From Amphiscolops sp. MND2022 (taxonomy: Eukaryota): DNA of 64,000 nt. Where the stretch lies: NCBI GenBank assembly GCA_964187785.1, contig OZ076409.1, positions 50,594,001 through 50,658,000 of the forward strand, in the 5' to 3' direction. Positions 26,168-36,628 of the stretch are shown in pieces (the first letter of the stretch is position 1; each line of letters begins with the position of its first letter). A program made the translations under genes and the position numbers. The notes under the pieces were generated by a model. That model worked only from the letters and a program-made list of their open reading frames with translations, was not told the origin of the DNA and did not search any database.

Positions 26168-27052
26168 CATCACAAATTCATCGTCGAATTTGGTGACGAT
26201 GCTGACCTGATTTGAAATTTCAGTTGGATCCATCGGCGGATTTAACGGTGCTTTTAACCAAAGTTCATCGCAATCCCATCCTCAAAAATTGCGAGTGAAC
26301 AAAGCATGTGACTGTATACTCAGATTTCATCATAAATCCATCAGCGGATTTAATGGGATTTATTTTAGTAAAACTCATCTTTAATTCATCGCGATATCTC
26401 ATTTAGAAACTCCTGAATGTGCTTCTCATTTCTAAAGAACAGTAACTCATCCTTTATTCATCGTATTCACTAGTATAGAAGGGAAATGAGAAAGTACATC
26501 CTTAATCCATCCTAAAAAAGAGTGAAAGTGCTGGTTATCTGATTTGCTTAGTAAACCCATCCTTAATTCATCTTGATTTCGTTCGTGCTGAAAATTAACC
26601 ATTTTAGTGGATGAGTTCATCCTAAACTCATCGCTAAATTGAATTGCCTTAGTATTTGGTGTTTTAACTGGTGAGTTCATCCTAAACTCATCGCCAATTT
26701 GTATTGCTTTGGTATTTGCTGTTTTAACTGACAAGTTCATCTTAAACCCATCGCCAAAAATTCACTTGTGCTAGAATTAGCGTTTATCGACTGAATTCAT
26801 CCCGAATTCATCGTCATTTTAATCTGTGCTGGAAATTGGCAAATTATACGTGGAGTTCATCCTTTTATCATCGTCAGTTTAATTTGTGTTGATTTTCGAG
26901 CGAGAAAGACCACCATTCATCGCATTTTCATCCAGAGCTAAACTAGACTTGAAAATCAGCAAATATTCTTACGAGTTCATCGCATTTCCATCTTCAATTT
27001 TTAAATCATTGGTTTTGGCGCTAGAATCAGCGGAAAACATCGTTTTCCCATC
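26168..27052 (+). repeat. Array of 15 CATC-N7-CATC dyads in the 5' LTR (mirrored at ~43244-44130 in the 3' LTR)
   Basis: Dyads start at 26168, 26266, 26328, 26376, 26448, 26497, 26558, 26618, 26678, 26738, 26798, 26858, 26918, 26978, 27038. Confidence 0.9.
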
Positions 27053-27119
27053 CCGAATTGTGCTTTACCTTAAAATGACTTGAAATTAGTGCGTTATTGA
27101 ATGATTTGAGCTCATTTTA

Positions 27120-27362
27120 GTTGCTATAGAAACCATGATGCTACGTGCAGGCAATTGCGACATTGTAAATTGATGACTAAACACCATTAACATTAGTAGA
27201 TGTACCATGATGCGTGGCCACTTTGCGGCAGTTCACAACACCGGTCACGTGACTTACCATTTTAACACCAGCTGGTAACAGCCAATGAGAGAAGGTTGGT
27301 AAGAGATTTAGCGTTTCACCAACCGAAAAGACACGTGAACTGCTGTAATTTGGACCGCCATT
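27120..27362 (+). promoter_or_regulatory. Putative LTR promoter motif cluster
   Basis: GTTGCTATAGAAAC (RFX X-box-like, 27120-27133), palindromic GTCACGTGAC E-box (~27244), CCAAT (~27282), CACGTG (~27332), CCGCCAT (~27355). All retained in the 3' LTR. Confidence 0.45.
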
Positions 27363-27711
27363 AGCGATTACTGAGACCGAATTGCGACAAGCTACCATCC
27401 AGTTGGATAGTTCACGCCGAAAATCTACTTGAAAACATATCTCTATTTCATCTTCAGAAACTATAGAACTGAAACTGAGTAATTTCCTTGGTGCATCTAC
27501 GACTGCGATGAAAATTGGATGAACTTTCCTAACTACCTTGCTAATTTCCTTCTTCTCACCTAACGACTTACTTACTTGTACGACTTCATCTCAAACATCT
27601 CAGTTCAGATCAGTGAATTTGAGATCGAATAGCCATTTAAATAAAAAAAATACATCGAAACAGCATCTCAGATAATCCAGTCTTCACTCATAATTCTTTT
27701 CTCTCGGCTAC

Positions 27712-29217
27712 ATGAACCCAGATCAAGGTACCGAACTTAGAAGCGGTAGAGTCATAAATTCTTCGTCAGAAACATCTTCTCCAACAGATCCAGACATGGC
27801 TCCGGCGTCCGCCAATGACTCTGACAGCAACGAAACTTCAGATATCTCGTCCCAGTTGTCTGAAAGAAGAGAGAACTATGAAAGGAAGATAAATGAGTTA
27901 CAAAGCAAGTTTAGCCAACTGAAGAACTTATTAATGGCAGTTATTAGTAAAACCAATGAAAAAAACCGGCCATCGACATCGCAAAGTTCTTCAAAGCCGG
28001 TCCACACAGTGGGGCTCGACATGGTGACAGGAGCTATAGAAACCCGCTCCACCCGCCCGCCACCCAGCTTCACAAACTTCAGGAGATACCAAGAAGACGA
28101 CCCGGACGAAGAAGGCGAATCAACTCCTAGAAGCAATGAGGAACGACTACTCAATGCAATCGAGACGATCCCCCAACGGATCAAAAGCACCACCACCAAC
28201 ACGAAACTACTACAGACACACGTCCCAAATTTCAGAGGCCAAAAAGACAAATTCGTGGAATTTGAGCACCTTCTCCTCAACCACCTTAGCCCGCTCGCCA
28301 ACAAAATCACTGAGGAGAACAAACTCCACTTCTTTCAAAGCCTTTTGAGAGATGATGCAATAGAGTACTGGCAATCCATCCAGATAACGCCACTAACAAC
28401 GCTGAAAGATGTGCTCGACCTCTTCAGGAAAGAATTCGCGAAAGAGGATCTTAAAGAAGTGGCTCGCTACAAGTGGGATCAAGCCCGTTACGATCCCACA
28501 ACAGAGACATTCAGCGACTTCCTCAAAAACTTGAAAAAGACTGCGAAACAAGCCTTTGGGGATGAAGCGGATAAAATCATCAAAATGTTCTTGTTCGGCA
28601 AACTCCCAGTCGAAATACAACAAGAACTTACGATGGCCAATAAGGAGGAGAGCTCACCGGAAGAAATCAAGACATACTTGATGAGAAAGTACCAATACCA
28701 ACAGTATGCAGCGCCGCCCACGACAATTCAACCATTCAACGCAGTCACCTCCTCGGCCCCAACGACCAACACAACTACTAAACCAGCAACAACGACGACA
28801 ACGCAACCGACAGAACGAAAACAATTTGAGGGGCAATGTTTCTACTGCGGAAAGACAGGACACCGCAAAACGGATTGTCGCGCCCGACAACGAGACGAAG
28901 CAAACGGCATAAAGAAAGAGGACGCAATCCCAATGAAGAAAGTAGCTGACCCCGACAAACCAAAATACAATCCAAAGTTGGTCTGTCAGATTTGCGGTTA
29001 CACAGGCCACTCCGCAACGGATTGCAGACGACGCGTCCCCAAGGAAAGCAGCTCTGCATATGGAAAGATTCCATACACAACAAATTCACAGGACGACAAC
29101 AAGGCTAGACGACAAGATTTAAAACGACAGCAACAGCCGATGAATCCAATGCAAGCAATTACTGAAGACGACGAACAAATAAGCTACTCTGATGAAGACA
29201 TAAATCAGGGTTTTTGA
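27712..29217 (+). CDS. gag: Gag of element C (501 aa), starting inside the LTR
   Basis: Intact ORF with capsid-like VPNFRGQKDKFVEFEHL...KLHFFQSLLRDDAIEYW and two knuckles, CFYCGKTGHRKTDC and CQICGYTGHSATDC. Confidence 0.93.
   Translation: MNPDQGTELRSGRVINSSSETSSPTDPDMAPASANDSDSNETSDISSQLSERRENYERKINELQSKFSQLKNLLMAVISKTNEKNRPSTSQSSSKPVHTVGLDMVTGAIETRSTRPPPSFTNFRRYQEDDPDEEGESTPRSNEERLLNAIETIPQRIKSTTTNTKLLQTHVPNFRGQKDKFVEFEHLLLNHLSPLANKITEENKLHFFQSLLRDDAIEYWQSIQITPLTTLKDVLDLFRKEFAKEDLKEVARYKWDQARYDPTTETFSDFLKNLKKTAKQAFGDEADKIIKMFLFGKLPVEIQQELTMANKEESSPEEIKTYLMRKYQYQQYAAPPTTIQPFNAVTSSAPTTNTTTKPATTTTTQPTERKQFEGQCFYCGKTGHRKTDCRARQRDEANGIKKEDAIPMKKVADPDKPKYNPKLVCQICGYTGHSATDCRRRVPKESSSAYGKIPYTTNSQDDNKARRQDLKRQQQPMNPMQAITEDDEQISYSDEDINQGF
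28022..28033 (+). promoter_or_regulatory. Primer-binding site of element C (tRNA-Leu-like), inside the gag ORF
   Basis: TGGTGACAGGAG directly after the LTR-terminal CA; one mismatch from the tRNA-Leu PBS TGGTGTCAGGAG. LTR-LTR identity stops exactly here. Confidence 0.7.
29208..29214 (+). promoter_or_regulatory. Putative -1 ribosomal frameshift heptamer G_GGT_TTT
   Basis: XXXYYYZ heptamer immediately before the gag TGA; the pol ORF at 29214 is in the -1 frame. Confidence 0.7.
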
Positions 29218-32200
29218 TTCAGCCACGCTTTCTGCCCGCTACGAATGACACGCGCGACAAACGACTTAAGACTCAACAAACAACTCACAACCGTCCAATG
29301 AAGAAATGGCAGCCTTCAGCGTACAAACGACCAAAAGCTGATGACGTCTATCAGCGAAGACTTTCCAACGATGAAAAAGCGATGGGAAATGCACGTCAAC
29401 GCAACGGCAGCCGCTTTTCTCCACTCGCTGAAATCAACGATGAACAAACGATGAACTGGCAACAAAACACCATGAGGCAGGTGGACGATGCCAAAGAGAT
29501 GGACACCAACCATCTAGACGACGACTCGACTTCACACACAACAATCGACAAACGGCTTAGTATTAAAAAACATGCAAAACAAAGTAGTATTAACATTTCA
29601 AAAGCTAACAAACATGCAACTAAAACAGAAATTCACGTTCTTAGTCCCACTTTACATTTAAACAAGAAAGATAAAATGCTGTACGTTCCTCTTCAGTTTG
29701 ATAAATACGAAATCAACGCACTGTTAGACACAGGCGCAATTCAAAGCGCAATGTCTGAAGCAGAATTGCGAAAAAAAACAACGGCTCATCCAGAAGCCAT
29801 CCTTGAAGAACTCCCCCTTCCGAATTTCAAAATTCAAATAGCAAACGGGAACTTAGTCCCAGTGCGTAAGCAAGTCTTACTTAGATTTTACGTTGCTGGA
29901 AAAGTCTTTGAAGAAAAGTTCCTAATCCTTCCAACAAGGGGCACAATTTTAATTGGAATGTCATTCTTTGAAAAGTACTCAGTCAACTTGGACATAAAAA
30001 ATCACCTTGTCCACTTCCCCAATCACTTGATGTCCATGCAAGTTAGACAACAAAAGAACAACAGATTCAAAACTGGTTTAATTGATTTGTGTTCCAGTAC
30101 TAGAACAGTGATCCCTCCTCTCCATCAAGTGATGATACAGGTCCACAGTGACGCGGACATCTCACTTACAACTGGTAGAGTTGAGGGCTCACCTTGGATT
30201 CATGCGAAAGACGTCTGCTTGTTTCCCCAGCTTTGGTTGACCTAGATGAGGGCAAGACGACAATCCAGGTCACCAACCCGAACAACCACACGTTCACACT
30301 TGATGCCAACACCACTCTGGCACACTTTCGCATACCGACACCACATCAGGCGGCAAACATCACACCCATGCCAGTCGAACACTTGAACTTGATCACCAAG
30401 TACCCAGATGAGGCGGAAGCGGTGATCAACCAACTGTTCGTGAACCCTGACATGAAGTCAACTAAGTGGTACCCAACTCCCGAGACGTGCAGTGAGCCAG
30501 ACAAACTCACTGCAATTGAGCGACGAATCTATGATGAGATTCTGGCACTGCGAGAGCTCGAGAAGCTTGACCCGTCCCAATCCGATGAACAACGGATGAA
30601 CTTCCTGAAGAACTTCAACTGGGACGACTCGCTTCTTACTCCGTCTCAACGGTTACAGGTAGAGGAGTTGCTGGTAAAGTACAACTCCATTTTTGCTAGA
30701 CATCGTTTTGATATTGGCATGAACACTGATTTTAAAGTTAAGTTAACACCCCAACATGAAGAACCTGTTTATTCACAAAGTCTCCCTGCTCCGACAAATT
30801 TGAAGGACGATTTGCTCGTGGAGTTAGCCTTAATGCAAGAGTACGGGATTATAACTACCTTGCCTCATAGCAAATACTCATCTCCGATATTTGCTCAACG
30901 TAAACCTAATGGTAAATTGAGGATTTTAGTTGACTTGAGAAGAATAAACCACTTGATCAAAAACGATTACGGTGAACACAACCATCCCGTAACCACAATT
31001 GCTGACGCTGCCCAACACATGGCCGGGAAAAAGTACTTCTGTAAACTTGATTGTTCCCAGGCCTACCATTGCATTCCAATGGCCGATGAGCAGTCTGTCC
31101 AACTGTTATCGTTTAATTTTGGTTCTAGAACGTTTGCCTTTTTACGTCTAGCACAGGGTCTCGTAATCGTTCTTTGTCAGCATTTACAAGTGTAGTCCGT
31201 GAGAATTTGGACCCCTTGGTCAAAGCAGACCGGTGTGCTCAATATGTTGATGACATTGGAATTGCAGCACACACCCCTGACGAACTGATTCATATCCTTG
31301 AACTTGTTTTTCAGCAATTGAACAAAGCAGGTCTTAAACTTAGCATGAGTGAATGTGAATTCGGACAAAAGCAAATTGAGTACTTGGGCAAAACCATTTC
31401 TAGCACCGGTATTGCTCCCATTGAAAAACGAATAACTGATTTTCTGACCAAGTTGAAACCCCCCAATTCAGTGAAAGCGTTGCAACGTTATCTTGGTTTT
31501 GTAAACTTTTACAGGTCTTATATTCCCCGCCTAGCTGATAAAACTTGTTGTGTACAGTAATTGATCAAGAAGGACGTCCCTTTCAAGCTGAGCCAACAAC
31601 ATAAAGATGCCATTTTTGAAATCAATGAAAGTTTGTTAAAAGCAACAAAAGTGTCTCTGAAATTACCATTACTTGATAAACAATTGGTAATCATGTGTGA
31701 CGCCAGCGAACACGCTGCTGGCTATGTTTTGTTAATTGAGGATTATGCTGACCCGTCAGTCAAACAAACATACGCCCCCGTTGCATTTGGCTCTAAGAAA
31801 TTTCAGGGCGGCCAGATGTCTCTAACAATGTATGCCAAAGAGTTTTTAGCTATGCACTTTGCCTTCGATGAATTTGGCCACATTTTGTGGGGTGCGAAAA
31901 AACCCATCATTGTTATGACTGACAATAAGGCCTTGACTAGATTTTTTTCAGGCGAAGCATATCCCGCCTTCACTTTGGAATTTTTGCGATCAAACCCTTC
32001 AGTTCAATTTTTTATTAGCACATGTACCAGGAGTTGAAAATCCCGCAGCGGATTACTTATCTCGTCTTGAGATTAGACCTGAAGACCGTGTACACTTAAA
32101 ATTGACTGATACTATTCCAATTCACAGAATCGAGATCGACATCGCCTCCCGAACACCAAAACAGGAGGAAGACGAGCCTGATTACTTTCCCAAGAGCGAA

Positions 32201-34307
32201 CCACTCAAATGCAAGCGGCAGAAGGTTGTCAAAGAGATGAACTGGCACCTGGCACTGACGTGGCTCATGACGATGGGAAAGGGATGAAGTTCACCAACTG
32301 TGAGAGAACAGCGGCCTCAGATGACTTCGCGACTGACAACCAACTGACGTACCGCCTCACAGACGTGGACAAGCCGATTCAACTCTCGCAATTAATCCGT
32401 AAAGTATCATTATCACACCCGGTAATGAGTTAGGTTAGCCCCGCTGAGGGGATCGATCTAATTCAGGTCCAGAAAACTAACTGGGTTAATCAAAAAATGA
32501 TTAGATTTTTAGAAGGTACTGAAATTTTGCAACACCCAGTTAGTATGCAAGATCAGTTTTTTCAAAAGTTGCACAAAAATCGAAAACGCCTACAAGTTGT
32601 AAACGGTGTCTTGTACAGACAGTTTTTTGATCACACGGGATTGGAGTCTCACAAGCAGTTAGTTGTTCCTGAAGACTGTATTTTGAAAATAATTAGGACT
32701 CTACATAACAGCCCGGTACAAGGCCACCCTGGTTTAAAAAAATGTTGTACGAACTTCGTAAAAGATATTACTCTCCTAACTTAGCCTGTAAAGTTCAAAA
32801 AGTCCTTGACGGATGTGAAAACTGCATGAAATCTAAAAGTGTAAAAGAAACGCAACTACGTCCACCGTTACAAAAAATCTACGACCCGTGCGACGGACCA
32901 GAAAAACTGTTGGAAATAGACATCGTTGGTCCACTCCCGGCGTCGAACGGTTTTACACACATTCTGACGGCTGTTGACGTTTTTTCACGCTACCTGTTCG
33001 CCGTTCCGCTGAAGAGACCTGAAACACATTCCGTAGTCAGAAGATTACTGTCGATCTTCACGAAACACGCGTATGTGCCCAAGCACATTCTGACGGACAA
33101 GGGCACGGCGTTTACGGCTGAACTTCTGTCTGAAATCGCGAAAGCGGCTGATATTCACATCTCCCATGCCACGGTAAAGCACGCACAGACAATAGGCATG
33201 GTGGAGAGAACGCACGCGAAACTGAAAAAGATCCTTAAAATTAGTGTAAACGCAGACAGACCACAATGGGACCGCTATGTCGACATAGCAATCATGGCCC
33301 ATAACACAACGTATCATGATTCACTGAAATGTTCACCAACTGAAATTTTCCACGGCAGAACACCATACAACCCACTAGATCTGCAATTCCGAAACGCAAA
33401 CAAGCCGGCTGAAACAAAGTGCAAGGACGTGAACGAAATTCTAGACAAAATGAACTTAATCTTCAGAGACAATCTAGATAACATCATTTCCGCCTATCAC
33501 AAGTACAAAATGTACTATGATAGAAAATCACGAGCACAACCACTGAAGGTGAATGAATTTGTGTACCTACTAGATCCTAAGTACGACTCTCAGAGAAGCA
33601 AAGAAGAGTTTAAAACTTTCCATTGGAAAGGACCGTACAAGGTGATAAAAGTGCTATCCGATAGCAACTACATCATCCGCAAAGTAGGCACACACCAAAC
33701 TCAGTGCGTACATCGCATGCGACTGAGATTGTTTAAACCGGAGTTTCCGATTGATGACATCAACGTGTCTAAGCATCTTTACCCAGACACTGAAAGGGTT
33801 GAAGACACGGACATATTCGATTCGAATATTCCAACAACCGACGACGCTGATCAGAATGAGAACGAACACCTAGATCAAGACTTAGTCGAAGATGAGCCTT
33901 CAGACGAAATAGTTCCACCAGGACAAGAGCGAAACCATCCACCAGAAATTTCACCAGAAATAACCACTAGAATCGACAATCAGCAAGTAGAAACTGACCA
34001 CAATGACTTTAGACCACCTACAGTTAGATTTGGAACAGAAGACGAAATTATTCTACCGCCCCCCCGCGATGAAAGTAGAATAAGATTACCTCTGAGAGAC
34101 GAACAACACGAAAATCAGCCTCAACAGACAAACACACAAACTGAGGATGAGGAAAGGATGAGTTCTAGACCTTCTAGAAACAATCAAAGTAGGTACAGGT
34201 TACGCGAAAACCCTACACCGAAAACATACCCTGACTTCCTTATTCATGAGATTACATCAGCCAGAAACTCTCTGAGAAAGACCAACAAAGTAGACGTAAC
34301 GATTTAG
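29214..34307 (+). pseudogene. pol: Pol of element C (protease, RT, RNase H, integrase), broken by several frameshifts and stops
   Basis: ALLDTGA protease; KLDCSQAYH and YVDD (31243-31254) RT; MCDASEHAAG RNase H; HHCC-type zinc-binding region, EIDIVGP, TDKGTAF, GMVERTH, WKGPY integrase. Breaks near 30195, 31165, 31558, 31945, 32210, 32431, 32740. Confidence 0.93.
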
Positions 34308-34335
34308 CCACGAAAAACCACATTTCTAAACACAC

Positions 34336-34870
34336 GATGTGTTACGGATGAAAATTCACAAAAACGAGTCAATTACATGCAATTTCAACTTAAAACGAAC
34401 ATGAAGATGTAAAATAGATGAACAATCACTTAAAATTACATGAAATACGCAAAAAAACGAAACACGATGTAAAACGGATGAAAAACGACCAAAAAACCAG
34501 AAAAAACAACACATAAAAATTTTGAGATGAAAAAAGGATGAAATCACATGAAAATTTATCTCAGACACACGAGAGATGAAAAAGTGATAAACTTAGTCAA
34601 AAATTCGACCAATCAACATGCAATATTTACTAGCGATGCATTTGAGATGGAAAATGCCATCAGAATGCGAACGCACTCACGTTCATGCTATCATAATACT
34701 CTAGCTCGGCTAGAGGATGAAATAGCGATGAACTCGATTCAATTATTCAGAACTTACATGAAAACAATTAACGAGATGAATTTGTGATGGAAACTACCAT
34801 CAAATCGTGACCGAATTTATCGTTAGCCTGACACGATACTCTAGCTTCGCTGGAGGATGTCAAAACGACG
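34336..34870 (-). repeat. Internal cluster 1 of the dyad (GATG-N7-GATG on plus)
   Basis: Exact copies at 34336, 34406, 34466, 34526, 34635, 34716, 34775; one-mismatch copies at 34575 and 34856. Confidence 0.85.
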
Positions 34871-35145
34871 AATTTAGTCTAATTGGAAATTCGAAAATAT
34901 TAAATGACTTACGAAAACCTCCTTGTGATGGGAAACACCATCCACATAACATCACAATAAATCAGCTAATTCTCAAACAACATGTAACTCCACGAAACGA
35001 TAAAAAACCGCCGACTTTATTTCGAATCACGCAAAAATGAAATGATCAATACATGTAAGGTTCAAAGACCTGCCAAATCAATGACGTCACGAAAGAAATT
35101 GACAACTCCAAACTACATGCAATACAAATGAGCAATACACGGAAA

Positions 35146-35414
35146 TATACATGTACCGTTTAAAAAATGAACGAGATAATAGATGCAATTCACACCAAAA
35201 CAATACAAACCTAGACGAATAAAAATGAAACAAACAATCGAAAATACATGAAGCCTACTAATTTAGTTGCACGGTTTAAAAAATATAATAGTACATATAC
35301 ATGTATTGTTTAAAAAATGAACGAGATAATAGATGCAATTCACACCAAAACAATACAAACCTAGACGAATAAAAATGAAACAAACAATCGAAAATACATG
35401 AAGCCTACTAATTT
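35146..35414 (+). repeat. Tandem duplication, ~120 bp with ~150-bp period
   Basis: TATACATGTA...TTTAAAAAATGAACGAGATAATAGATGC...GAAGCCTACTAATTTA occurs twice. Confidence 0.9.
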
Positions 35415-36244
35415 ACATGCAAAATATAAGAATTGACGAAACAACCACAAAACGAATAAAGGAGTGAGCCCCCCCGGTAAACATCAGTTCATAACAAGTA
35501 AAATACCCCTATCGAAAAGCCAAAAACATTCCTTCGTGCTGGCTGGCATTTCTCTGAAAAGAGTGCTTGTTAGTTGAGGCGGGGAGCTCACAACCATATT
35601 CGGATGAAGCTTGCTGCGTTGGTTATCCAGCGGCTAGTGGATTCTCAGTTAGTTTTGTAGGGGGCTTTGTGACGACAAAGCCCTGTCCAAGTCAAGGAAC
35701 AAAAAATTTTAATAGAACATGTCAATAATGGGGCAACCCATTCAAAGGAAAACATTAAGAAAACACGCGCACATGAAACCACACGATATCACAAAACTTA
35801 ATAATTCGAAACATGCAAAGCCGTAGATGTCAATCACCCTGATTGATCAGATTAAACGTCAAATGGACAAACCCATCTCGACGTTTGATGACAAACAACC
35901 AAGCGTAAAAAATAACATGAAGACTATATATAGCTCAAAACTGAGAGATTTCATTCATCTGATAGGAGCGGAGCAGCTCCACTCACCCAGCTCTGAATTG
36001 GTACCCCATGTACCTTGCACAACGCAACGAAAATGATTAAGACACATGTACACTAAAATTCATGCAATCTCGACAACCCGACAAACGATCAACACCATAT
36101 AACACTAAAATACATGAAGAAAACACTCCGAAAACACCGCAAAATTGATAAAATACCCTCATCCACCATGAAAAACGCAATTCCCGATTAAGTTATAGCA
36201 AAATAAACACAAAAACACGCAAAATAAATATTTTCCAAAATTAC

Positions 36245-36628
36245 GATGAAAAAAAGATGAACTATGCAGCAAAATGAGCAAAAATTCGACAAGTCAAAAC
36301 TTTGAACTACAGCAAAAACAATGAACTACAGCAAATAACTCGCCAAAATGATAAAATGAAAACGCAAGATGAAAAAACGATGATCTATGTAGAAAAACCA
36401 CATAACAACACGCACTGATTCACATATAACGAACGATGTAAAAAAGATGAGAAAACAGTTTTCGCGACGTCGCTCGGCCGACTGAGGAAAACGTGATGAA
36501 AATGAGATGAAAAATCAAAACGAAGCACTGATTATCTAACTACACTTACACGAGATGTAATAACGATGAACAACATGACAAAAGTCTCCTACAAATTCTA
36601 TCAACTGAAAAGTGATGTGAAAGCGATG
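36245..36628 (-). repeat. Internal cluster 2 of the dyad
   Basis: GATG-N7-GATG at 36245, 36368, 36435, 36495, 36554, 36614. Confidence 0.85.

Larger units (their letters stand above)
25778..28021 (+). repeat. 5' LTR of element C (2244 bp)
   Basis: TGTCATCCCAGCATGATGG...GGGGCTCGACA; colinear and nearly identical to 42858-45088. Confidence 0.95.

Noticed and set aside
26447..26740. Repetitive 97-aa minus ORF (copy at 43530-43817)
   Set aside because: By-product of the 60-bp period of the dyad array.
26558..27052. Regular repeat-spacer pattern resembling a CRISPR array
   Set aside because: The conserved part is only two 4-mers, neighbouring spacers are partly related, the context is a eukaryotic LTR, and there are no cas genes.
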